From Bugula neritina (taxonomy: Eukaryota > Animalia > Bryozoa), in contig OZ037772.1 of NCBI GenBank assembly GCA_964035545.1, positions 496,001 through 560,000 of the forward strand: a stretch of DNA of 64,000 nt, in the 5' to 3' direction. A program made the position numbers and the translations under genes. The notes under the pieces are model-generated. The model ran no database searches, was not told the DNA's origin, and saw only the letters and a list, made by a program, of their open reading frames with translations. Position 1 is the first letter of the stretch; each line of letters begins with the position of its first letter. This document shows, piece by piece, positions 13,498 through 24,596 of this stretch.

Positions 13498-13531
13498 GTA
13501 GTTAGGAGAAATGATCAAGATAATTTCTCTT

Positions 13532-13542
13532 AGAATGGGGGG
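13532..13542 (+). promoter_or_regulatory. Polypurine tract
   Basis: agaatgggggg immediately before the 3' LTR. Confidence 0.75.
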
Positions 13543-13543
13543 T

Positions 13544-14080
13544 TGTCACAAATTCTGAGTGTACATATACCTATAAATAGACTTACCGGGTTTTTCCTAA
13601 TGATTATACACGAATGTTCATAAATGTTCTAGACTGATCAAAGAGATGGGTCATTGTTCATTGTTATTGTTTTCATTAGTCATGTTAACTACTGCCCAGC
13701 AATGTAAACAAGGTGTTGCGCAATAATTGCGAATAACCATGGAAATTCCAATGTTTTGTTTTGTTTTGATTTTCTATAAATAGTATTGGCATGTGGGGAA
13801 TGTTTTCTACTAGAATATTCTATACTGGAATGCTTGAGAATGTTCTAGAGTGTTTTGTTTACTATAAATACTGAGGCAGTTGTGTTTACGAATCAGTTCA
13901 TTCTCGCAGTTCATTCTTGGAGTTCATTTTTATAAGTTCATCTGTGCATGTCTTACTAGAGAAATAAAGTCTACTCTATTTACTCTCAACTGGATTAGCA
14001 AGCTGTATGCTACTTGTCTCTATACTTCTGACTACCAGACTTTTCGAACTCGTCACACTGCTACCGACAGTTTTGTGACA
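13544..14080 (+). repeat. 3' LTR
   Basis: Same length as the 5' LTR; one difference seen (accaacag vs accgacag). Confidence 0.96.
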
Positions 14081-14279
14081 CATGATAGCCGCCTTTTCAG
14101 ATGCCAAAACTTTGACTTTCAGTACAATGATTAAGAAAACTCAATTATATGCAGAAGAAGGTAAAAAAAAATGGGAGAATTTAAATTGAGTTCAAATGAC
14201 TATATTAAAACTCAGTTTCATAAGCTATTTCCTTTGTAATTTTAAGCCTAACAGTCCTGTAAGTTTATTAATAATCTGC

Positions 14280-14478
14280 AAGGGCCACACCCACTCCCGA
14301 AAGGGCCACACCCACTCCAGAAAGGGCCACACCCACTCCAGAAAGGGTCACACCCACTCCAGAAAGGGTCACACCCACTCCAGAAATGGCCACACCCACT
14401 CCGGAAAGAGCCACACCCACTCTAGAAAGGCCACACCTACTACAGAAAGGGCCACACCCACTTCAGAAATGGCCACAT
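14280..14478. repeat. 21-bp minisatellite (ccagaaagggccacacccact)
   Basis: Tandem units; three more units in copy 2. Confidence 0.92.
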
Positions 14479-14769
14479 TAGAGGGAATTCATAGTTTATC
14501 AACATAAACATAGTCTGTGGTAAATATTAGGTCTGTGCTAAACCCACTTGCTTTCTGTAAATAACACCAGACAAAATGAAGAATGACTCATACCTCAGCC
14601 TTAGGTTGCCCCTGGATCTGCACAAAGTAGGCTGGTATTCTGTGCCCCCACCATAGCTGTCTGGAGATACACCAGCCCTTGGAGTTCCTCAGCCATTTGT
14701 ACCAAGTGACTGTGTGATAGTCTGGTATGATCTTTAGCTTGCCTGATTCTACTACCTGCATTATACATT

Positions 14770-15040
14770 CTATACTATAGATATACTATGCTATAGATAT
14801 ACTATGCTATAGATATACTATACTATAGATATACTATGCTATAGATATACTATGCTATAGATATACTATGCTATAGATATACTATGCTATAGACATACTA
14901 TACAGTACTAATATATATACTACACAGTACCAATATATTATATACTATACACAGTACTAATATATATACTATACAGTACTAATATATTATATACTATACA
15001 GTACTAATATATATACTACACAGTACTAATATATATATAC
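14770..15040. repeat. 16-bp minisatellite (atatactatgctatag) grading into an acagtactaatat repeat
   Basis: Tandem units; counterpart 49275-49495. Confidence 0.88.
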
Positions 15041-15267
15041 TAATTGTGAAACAGCCAAAATAGGAAAATAAGACCTTGTAGTGCAGTGAGCAAGGCAAGT
15101 TCAAGCCATACAACTTTAACATGTTGCATTACAGAAGAAAGACCTGCTTCATTTTGGTAAACAACTATAAGTAATATTGGGAGTTACGCCACCTATGAGT
15201 AACAACATGGAGTTGTGTTTCTTTTCATAAACGCAAAAAGGTAAAAATTACTTGTTTCTTCAAGGTA

Positions 15268-15390
15268 GCATAACTCCTAATTGTGTGACATATTTCTAAG
15301 TTGAAATGGTTTTTCCTTGCATTATATAATATATAATGCAAGGAAAAACCATATCAACTTAGAAATATGTCACACAATTAGGAGTTATGC
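15268..15390. repeat. 123-bp near-perfect palindrome
   Basis: gcataactcc...tgcattatata-a-tatataatgca...ggagttatgc, one arm mismatch. Confidence 0.9.
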
Positions 15391-15613
15391 CGCCTCTTTG
15401 TCAAAAACACGGAATACAAGATTCACACACCAAACAGTACTCAGTGCTATATGAATAGACTCCAATATAGTTCTCCCTCCGTATCTCAGTAAGCTGAGAG
15501 ACCTGACACCTCAATTCATGACACAGTAGAATTCTTACCTTAGCAGAATACCATATTTAACACACGGATCTGTTAAATTATTTTGTCCCTACACACAAAA
15601 GGCTTTGAAAACA

Positions 15614-16170
15614 CAGGACAACAGGTTATGAATATACAGGACAACGGGCTATGAATATACAGGACAACAGGCTATGAATATACCGGACAACAGGCTATGA
15701 ATATACAGGACAACAGGCTATGAATATACAGGACAACAGGCTATAAATATACAGGACAACAGGCTATGAATATACAGGACAACAGGCTATGAATATACAG
15801 GACAACAGGCTATGGATATACAGGACAATAGGCTATGAATATACAGGACAACGGGCTATGAATATACAGGACAACGGGCTATGAATATACAGGACAACAG
15901 GCTATGAATATACAAGACAACAGGCTATGAATATACAGGACAACAGGCTATGAATATACAGGACAACAGGCTATGAATATACAGGACAACAGGCTATGAA
16001 TATACAGGACAACAGGCTATGAACATACAGGACAACAGGCTATGAATATACAGGACAACAGGCTATGAATATACAGGACAACAGGCTATGAACATACAGG
16101 ACAACAGGCTATGAATATACAGGACAACAGGCTATGAATATACAGGACAACAGGCTATGAATATACAGGA
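15614..16170. repeat. 23-bp minisatellite (caggacaacaggctatgaatata), about 24 units
   Basis: Tandem units. Confidence 0.95.
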
Positions 16171-16470
16171 AACAGAGCACCTGTCCCAAACTCCATCTCC
16201 ACAAAGTCGTCAGCCACAATAGGTATTCTCCTGTCAGCAAAAAGATGTCTCACAAATTTCCCGTGTAAGTGTTTGTATCGGCCGTCTTCAGGGTGGACAG
16301 CCACGGCAGTGTCACCTACAATAGTTACCAGACTTTATAGTCTCTCACAGTATTGAGTATTGATATACAATTATATATTTACTGAGTGTTTACCAGATCC
16401 AACTTCACAGTCACTATACTCAGAGTACACAACTCCCAGTAAGTTAGTATCAAGCTAATTAACCACTAAC

Positions 16471-16860
16471 CCCTTATTCACACTTACCGTATCGTATCGT
16501 AACAGCAAATATCAGCCATTTTTACAAATGTCTGAGCTTCCTGTACGGTGTTGCGGTACGGTAGGATCAAGCACTGCTTGATTCAAATAAGTTGCGGCGG
16601 ACTCCTATTGGACAGAAAAACTTTTGCGTTAATTCATTGGATATAAATGTCTAATGTAGCGTCATAGATCGTACCTAATAGCGGACTTTGAAAACTTCAA
16701 CCCGCACCTTAAACCAAAATGGAATAATAGAATTAAAAAATTTAGGCTATCTCAAGTTCTCCACTACTGCTCCTAAGTGAGAATAGTTAGAGAAATCTAC
16801 TCGAGTTACTTCAATTGGCAGCAAGAGTCAGCCATTATTACGTTGCTAAGCAACAAAGCT
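16471..16860. mobile_element. Probable Harbinger-type MITE remnant in a ValRS intron (also near 51361-51760)
   Basis: CpG-rich island starting ccc(t)tattcacacttaccgt with inverted accgta/tacggt motifs; second TIR not found. Confidence 0.35.
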
Positions 16861-18826
16861 ATTAGTGACATTGATGTCTACTAACCCAACATAGTTTCTA
16901 ATCTAGTTGTGGCCACAATAATCTTTTCGTCAGAATCTTCTACTTTATATGCAAAGGAAAGGAGAATTTCGAACTCCACCTTCTCCTTGTAGCCAGGCAC
17001 AGAGAGCATAGTCCTTCCTGTCAACTCTACTTTGTCTACCTGCAATCAGTGATACAACTCTCTCAGACTATACAGGTCAAAGGTTAAACTGTAGTGTGTG
17101 CTTCTGAGTCACTGTGTTCTCATTCTTTTCTATTAGTTCATATAATGTATATGAATGCTCGTACGAATGAATATGTGGCTGTGGTCTCATTGATGTATTC
17201 ATTCGAAGATAGTCATAATGTAATATATCAGGCTGTGTCTGAATACTACTATTAGGTTAGTTACTACCAACACACAAGTCTCGCAGTGAATAACCAGTTG
17301 ACGTGCACACAGTCGGGAGTCAGACTTATACTGTACGATATACCTCAATATCAGAGAAGGCAGAGTTGAGAGTACAGGACCAGTTGACCAGTCGGTTAGC
17401 TCTGTAGATCACACCTTTCTCGTGCATTCTGATAAACGCTTTGTTCACCGCTTTCAAAGATTTCTAATAAACAATTATATATGAGTCATGTGTCAAGTGT
17501 GAACTGATTGGAGACCAGGCCTCATGATTAACCAATCATAGAGAGGATAACACACTGAGTCAGTAAACAGCCGACACGACATATAGACTCCACTACTCAA
17601 ACATAATATATGTATAGAGAGGATAACTCCTCACCTCATCCATAGTGAACGTAGTTCTGTCCCAGTCATAAGACCCGCCCACTTTCCTCAACTGATGGTA
17701 GATTCTGTCTTCTTTTCCATAGAAATTATATAATAACACTGACCAATCATTGTGCTGCAAAACTTAGTTATATTAGCAACTTAAATAATGAGACCAATGA
17801 TAGAGTGTGATGAAGTAAACCTATATTTAACTTTTTGTATATTCAATTATATATAAGAATTTCATCATATTGACGCTATTATATTATCTTATATCAAACT
17901 GTAGCAACTGAACACCAATAAGATAAAATAAAAACTCAAACCCTAATACTAAGTCACTATGAAATGCATTTTCAAGATAAAATATTCCCTTACTGGTTCT
18001 TCCATTCCCACACTCGTCTCACAAACTCATCTCGTCCCAAATCGTGTCGAGTTTTATTCTCTTCTCTAGCGAGTTTTTTCTCGACGACAACTTGAGTGGC
18101 TATTCCTGCGTGGTCACATCCGGGTACAAACAGTGTCACCTTCCCATTCATCCGGTGCCTGACAATACAACAGAACTGACACCTGCAGACACCTGACAAC
18201 ACAAGCATATCAGACACCTAGAGATATTCTGGAAAGGTGCTGAAAGAAATATCTGTGGTTGAAACAACATCAATATAATAGATGAATGACTTATGCCAAC
18301 CGGTACTTAACACAAATTTTATCAGCATTCAAAAAAGAATTAACAGGGGGATGTTCATAGCCTGTCTGTGGAACATCTCAAAGTGACTTGGCAAGATGCC
18401 AAAATGTCATGTAGTCACCACCAGAGGAATGGTGTCTACTGTTACATGCTATAAGCTACATACACCACCAGTTTAGTGACTAGGTAAGTACGGAGTTGTC
18501 TCATCTATATGAATGAACATCTCACCACCGAACTATCGCATCCTCAACTGCCCCCAATCACATCTCTCTCGGTTACAAAGTAAAAAGCAACCAATCACAG
18601 TACCTGTTACAACAGAGTAACAAATCACACCTCTACGTGTTAGAAGTAACCAATCACACATTATAGACTTTACTATGATGAGAAATGTACCTTTGAGATT
18701 ATACTCAGGTTTGAAGAATCCTTCCTTCTCCCACCAAGAGCACCAGGCAGCTTCCACATAAGACGGGGAATAAGAACCAGGCATGGGACACGTCGTGTCT
18801 AGAATAACAGAAAACTATAAAGTATA

Positions 18827-18950
18827 GGGGAGCAGCTGTGGTCTAGGGGTTAGAGCGTTTGTCTAGTGAACACGAAGCCATTGTTTGACAAAGGCCATTG
18901 GTGACGTTAGAAAGAGCATCTAGTCATAATTGCTCCTGTGCCACATCTAA
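18827..18950 (+). mobile_element. tRNA-derived SINE remnant (also near 53845-53970)
   Basis: ggggagcagctgtggtctaggggttagagcg resembles a tRNA 5' half with A box; B box missing. Confidence 0.45.
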
Positions 18951-21164
18951 ATAAGTCCTTAGCCTGTTTTAACAAAAATGCTTTCCACCAGGAGTCTCTC
19001 ACAAGGTTGGTGACTATACCCTGATATCTAGATATACTAAGTTGAGACTTGTCTTCTACTGGTCCATACAGTTCAAATATGATAAACACATGTATAAATA
19101 CAATAATCTATTCATAGCCCATAGTCTAACCACCAACAAGGACGAATAAATAAGACGTGGCCTGACACTACTACTACAACTTATATAACTTATACACAGC
19201 AGACTGTTAGGAGTATTTGAATCTGAGGCTATCCAATGTATGAGTAGGGCAGCCCTAAATGTAGGATATTGGAATACCATGTCTTATTACTTCAGTCTAA
19301 AGCAGTTCTTATACCTTCACGATTTTCAGTCAGAAATTCAATTTTGATGAGTTGCATTTCATTGTAAAAGCCAATCATCAAAATTTTTGCTTTGTGCATG
19401 CTTAATCAAATAATTTTAGAGTAACAATCAAAGGGAATGATAACTCTTTTAGATATGGGGTATTCATGTTTATAATTACATCGGCTGTCTTTTTCAATTA
19501 TCACTTTTATGCTGTCAACTTAATTTATTACGTTTTCAAAGGGCATCAAATAGTGATTAAGCGAGATATATTTGAGTATTGCAGAGTGAGCTTCCTTATT
19601 AATATGATTTCAACAATTTTAAGTAAGACTATAGCGGGGCGGGAAACACTAAACTCCTTTCAGTAAAGATAGAAACGCAACTTCAGTTTAAACTGCTTAC
19701 ACACATAACTGTGTGTTCACTACCGAGCAGTGTACACTGATAAATCAGTGCTATAACTGAAACTTGTAAGTAAAGGAATAAAGAGCTCAATTGAGTATAA
19801 AATGTAGAGAATAATTGAACTGAACCTTTCTTATGGCCAACTGGTGTGTCCACGTTATACGTTACTACAGCCTTCTCCTTTTTCTCTTTCACTTTTTTCT
19901 AGAAAAAAAAATCAAATTTGAAGAAAATAAAATGGAAATTGTTAACTACAGATAGACAACTTCCAAGTAAAAGTACAGCCATACAGTCGCAATACGAATA
20001 TGTAATTCAAGTAACACTTTCATGTAGAAGTACAACCATAAATATGAATAGAAAGTAACACAAATATATACATTTAGGAGCAGTAGTGTAGAAATCGAGA
20101 TAGCCTAGGTTCTTAAATCTTATTATCAAATTTTGGTTTGAGGTTCGGGTTGAAATTCTGACAAGAACATAACTTCTTATGCTACATTTCTAATCTAGAA
20201 CACAGGCTTTCTCAATTTCTCCATTACTGCACCTACCTCAGTATATATAGAATCTGTAACTAACTAAACAGACACCTCAGTAGTCGTGGCAGACTCTGCC
20301 TTCTGTTTAGCCTGCTTAGCTTGAAACTTGGTTAACTTAGCAGCTTTAGCAGCTTCTTTCTTCAACTCTTTCTCAGATTTCACCTTGACCTCGCCAGTTG
20401 GCGCATCACCAGGGGTCACTTCCGACATGTTCGTTTATTGTGAGACTTTCCTTAAAACACAATCAGCCGGCATGGAACTAATAGATATCTCAATACTAAA
20501 CATACAAACTATTGACCCAGTATAGTTATAGACAGATATCTTAATACTAATAATATAAACTAATGGCTCAGTATTGCCTTAGTTATGCGTGGGGGTTCAG
20601 TGATAAACGCCTAGAAACCACACAGTTCAATAATGAAAGACTGTGACTTTTCACGAACAGACATCTCATCTCTGATTCTGATGAAAAATCACAAAATTTT
20701 CAGACAAACGATACTGCATTTCAACTTTGGGACGATCACATAATAATAATCATTGTCATTTGAAAGATTCTGCTAAAATCAAAGTGCCGATGTTAATCAC
20801 AAGGTCAACCATAAATGACTCAGTCTGATGACTGACGGTTATGCTTAATGATTAATTAGTAATATGAATAGATTGCAAGTGATCAGCATGATGATGGTGA
20901 TGATTGCTTTTCACCATCAAAGGTCAAACTTTGTAATTGCAGCTTGAAATGTAAAATTTAATAATATTACTTTTATTTAATTATACAAGTATAACTTACT
21001 ATCATAACAACATTCAACTTTATGTAGTCATTATAAACATGATAATGGTTTACCTTTTACTGCAGGTAATCATTATACTATTCACGATTATAAATATAAT
21101 TAATATAATTGTATTTATTGAAACTAAAATAATAAGGTAAACTAAATGAATTATCGACATGAGT

Positions 21165-21570
21165 GTGAGTATGAGTAAGCCACAACTAGAAGGTGCAGCA
21201 GCAATTTGAGATCCCCGTTTGCAATACCTCATCAAAGATATAGAACAGGTGCAAAATAATGCAATCAGATTCATTGCTAAATTGAAAGGCAGAGACAGTA
21301 TCACTGTGACGCGTGACAAACTAAACCTAGAATCTCTCCCCGACAGACGCTTCAAGCTGAGGCACAAGTTACTGTTGCGACTTCTATCTAATGAGGGAAA
21401 TCAGGCATCTCTAACCAACTCCTATGAACTGATGGACAGTAAAACCTAAAATACTAGGTTTACTAAGGCATCAAGCAGGGACGATCCCCAACCATTTTTG
21501 CAAAATCAGCAGCCTACTACAGCAGCTTCTTTCCAAAAACAGCCCGGGAGCTTAAATCTATGCTAAATAA
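21165..21570 (+). mobile_element. Old 3' fragment of a CR1/L2-group LINE
   Basis: KPQLEGAAAI*DP..IKDIEQVQNNAIRFI..LNLESLPDRR resembles the LINE ORF2 C-terminal motif RP.LEY..VW.P..E.VQ..A.R. Confidence 0.75.
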
Positions 21571-22922
21571 TTAGTCAATACACCAGAGTTGTATATGTGC
21601 AACATACTGAAAATACTTGCTAGCCTGTAATCGGCAACTGTAGAGGTGTGCCTCTTGCTACATGCTCTAATGCGTGTAAGAGGTAAGAGGACTATCAATA
21701 TGACTATCAATATTAGTAGAAGTACCCAAGTACCAGTAAACATAGTAGCTGTAGAAAGTCTATCCCAATCAGTAACTGTAAGCCGTGAGGGCTGAGACTA
21801 TAACTAGGAATATAAAAAACTATAACTTGAGTATAACTAATCGAAGGTGAGTTAACATAAATTAAAAAATAATAAATATAATTACTACAACATCAAAATG
21901 AAATATGCATTATAAATATTTATATTTTAATTTTATAATAATTTTTTAATTTATTTATATCATTTTATTTAGGTTCATCACCTTTCATTATGATTAATGA
22001 AATTCATAAATCATATTCATAACGATAATCACTCGGATAATGATAATCACTTAAAAAAAATTGATAAACCCATAATCATAATGATTATTATTATCATTTA
22101 TCGCTTATCAGTGATAATCATAATCAATGATTAAATCATAATGATAATCTTGATCATAATCAATATGAATATCAATATCATGTTATACTTATTCAATAAT
22201 TATAATTGATTGATTCTTATTCATATTAATAATTATAATCATAATGAATAAAAAATTATATTAACACTACAACTTACTTAATTAGAGTATCACTATTACT
22301 ATTAGTATTAGTATTAGTATTACTTACAACTTGCTTATGCAAGGGAATTAAATTTTTAAAGCGTAGCATCCTTCTCAAGCAAAATAAGGATAATAAGTTT
22401 CGTCAAATTGAGTTAAAAACTACAACTTATAAGTCACAAGTATAAAGCAACTTATGCTCAGTCATCACTAATCCTAGTGGGTACGGCAAGCATATAGCAT
22501 AATTTATTTCACAATGCGACAAGATTATCTAGACGGTGCGCCTCTCATTGTACTTAAGCAATATTCAATTGTACGGTTTTTATGACTTTAAAATCCGTTT
22601 TTGAGAAGCAAGGCTAGATCGATATTGACTCGCTAAGAGTTTTCGTAAACCCGGAAACTACAACTTTTAACTTGACCGCAAAGCTGGAAGTACGATAAGC
22701 GTCGCCGTATTGATTTCAGGCGAATTTTAGTTGATTTCTTTCAAACTGCTGAGAAGTAATATTTGCTTCCATTTTATGTCTGATCGCGATGCAATTATAA
22801 ATGTTCCTAATTCAATCAATATTATGAAATAATTAATGTAGGAAATTCAATTTTGACTATATAGAATAATCTCAATCTGAATAAGTATTATGTATTTATT
22901 GTAACACTTGCACATCGTCTTA

Positions 22923-24100
22923 GCCTAGGGCCACACGACGCGTATTTTCGCACTCGTCGTGTGCAAAATGTCGCAAAAGTGAAAAAAGGAGTTTACTGTA
23001 CGCGAATTTCATGCGTTGAAAATGCTGAACGGCAAGTGCGAAGATTTTTCTGTCGTCCTTACCTAATTGGCTGGTAGTTATTTAGCGAGCCCGGTTTTCC
23101 TAATTTGCTACTCTTTCCATTAAATTGCGCATTATTTGTTGTATAGCGAGTAATATTTAAAAAGCAACATTTCTAGCCGTGTAAGTTTTCTACTTTCTGT
23201 GTATGTTTCTGCTATTCAGAATAGTCAAATTGATGTAATCAAACATTTTATAGATAAAAATGAACTGGCAAGAGAAGTTGATTAATGCAGTGAGTAATTT
23301 TCTTTACAATTCTTATAAAATTTGTGATAAAAAATGGCACTTTTTCAATTTCTCCGTGAGTTTCACTATGTCATTCATTCAAAGTCAGTCATTCAGATTC
23401 AGTTATACTTATTGGCAATACTCATACTCATAGTGATAGTCGAACTCAATCAGTCAATGTGAATGTCATAGTGATACTAGTGTTGGTCAGTACTGCACAT
23501 CATCCAACACGTAATAATGGTTCAATTCATCATTTATACTATTTGTTGTTCTAATTTCAGGTCAGGGAAAGACCATGCTTGTGGGACAAGAATCATAAAC
23601 ACTACATGTATAAAACTGTGAAAGAAAATAACTGGAAAGATGTTAGCAAAGAATTAGGAAATTTATTTGATGGTAGTTTATCAGTTTAATGAAGTAATTA
23701 TGTCTATTGTAATCAGATATTTAATCTACCACTTTTCAAGTTTACTTTTGACTTTTATAATCTTTAGAAAAAGCATGTGCTCTGAAGTATCGGAACTTGC
23801 GGGACACCTACGTGAGACTGAAAAGAGAACAGTTAAAAGTACCCAGTGGCTCTAGTCCAATTGAACCGCCAAAATGGCCTTTTTTTCAATTGTTCAGCTT
23901 CGTGGATAATAAGAGTGGTGCAGAAAGGTTGGTTTGTCCTTACGTTAAGTAGTTTATTTATTTTTTCAACAAACAAACTTTAAAAATTATAAAATAATTT
24001 AATACACATCAAGTAATTTATTTTGCAGTAGTATAGCTGACAATATGCCATCAGAGGATATCGTGCAAGAACTTGCGACCACTGATACAGATACAGCGAC
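22923..24100 (+). mobile_element. PIF/Harbinger transposon, left end only, truncated
   Basis: Begins right after TTA (22920-22922), where homology with copy 2 stops; terminus gcctagggccacacgacg; carries a spliced MADF (Myb/SANT-like) gene, the typical Harbinger second ORF. Confidence 0.75.
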
Positions 24101-24110
24101 AGGGGTGTAG
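23260..24110 (+). CDS. Spliced MADF (Myb/SANT-like) domain protein, 127 aa, C-terminally truncated. Exons 23260-23289, 23561-23672, 23768-23927, 24029-24110
   Basis: MNWQEKLINAVRERPCLWDKNHKHY..KENNWKDVSKEL..CALKYRNLRDTYVRLKR..PSGS..KWPFFQLFSFV; all GT-AG junctions in phase; stop codon supplied by the minisatellite. Confidence 0.8.
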
Positions 24111-24407
24111 ACAGACTAAACTAGACAGGGGTGTAGACAGACTAAACTACACAGGGGTGTAGACAAACTAAACTAGACAGGGGTGTAGACAAACTAAACT
24201 AGACAGGGGTGTAGACAGACTAAACTACACAGGGGTGTAGACAAACTAAACTAGACAGGGGTGTAGACAAACTAAACTAGACAGGGGTGTAGGCAGAATA
24301 AAATACACAGGGCTGTAGACAGACTAAACTAGACAGGGGTGTAGACAGAATAAAATACACAGGGCTGTAAACAGACTAAACTACACTGGGGTGTAGACAG
24401 ACAAAAC
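24098..24407. repeat. 26-bp minisatellite (acaggggtgtagacagactaaactag), about 12 units
   Basis: Tandem units. Confidence 0.93.
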
Positions 24408-24596
24408 TTACTACAAACTTATAACTACCTTGTGTCATGATGTCTTTGTTCTCTCTTATAATTTGACCTTTATTTAGGGAGCAGATTTCAAGTGGGCTAT
24501 TCTATAGTGACCAGTCACACTGTTTATTATAGCAACATAGAAATCAAGTTGAAAACTAGTTGCACCTGTTGTGATGCTATCAATGGGTGCTTACAG

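Larger units (their letters stand above)
9710..14080 (+). mobile_element. Gypsy LTR retrotransposon, Gmr1-like (Gag-PR-IN order), non-autonomous with RT and most of RNase H deleted; TSD CATGA
   Basis: 537-bp LTRs TGTCACAAA...TTTGTGACA; CATGA at 9705-9709 and 14081-14085; empty site at 48523-48527; PBS, PPT and gag-pol ORF present. Confidence 0.95.
14594..20428 (-). pseudogene. VARS1: Cytosolic valyl-tRNA synthetase, 5' half only, unprocessed pseudogene, copy 1
   Basis: Spliced exons [83 protein letters not shown]; HIGH-motif segment deleted near 18554; two exons present in copy 2 are missing; no KMSKS or anticodon-binding exons. Confidence 0.92.
1..22922 (+). repeat. Segmental duplication, copy 1 (left end lies outside the window); direct repeat of 38966..60250
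   Basis: Collinear match from cagctgatga (1 / 38966) to cacatcgtctta (22922 / 60250), with shared genes, minisatellites and introns and copy-specific indels. Confidence 0.97.

Noticed and set aside
14196-14507. His-rich ORF (KGHTHSR)n, also 48638-49012
   Set aside because: Translation of the 21-bp minisatellite; no splice or coding evidence.
18827-18900. tRNA gene
   Set aside because: Only an A-box-like 5' part; no T-arm/B box or cloverleaf; treated as a SINE remnant.
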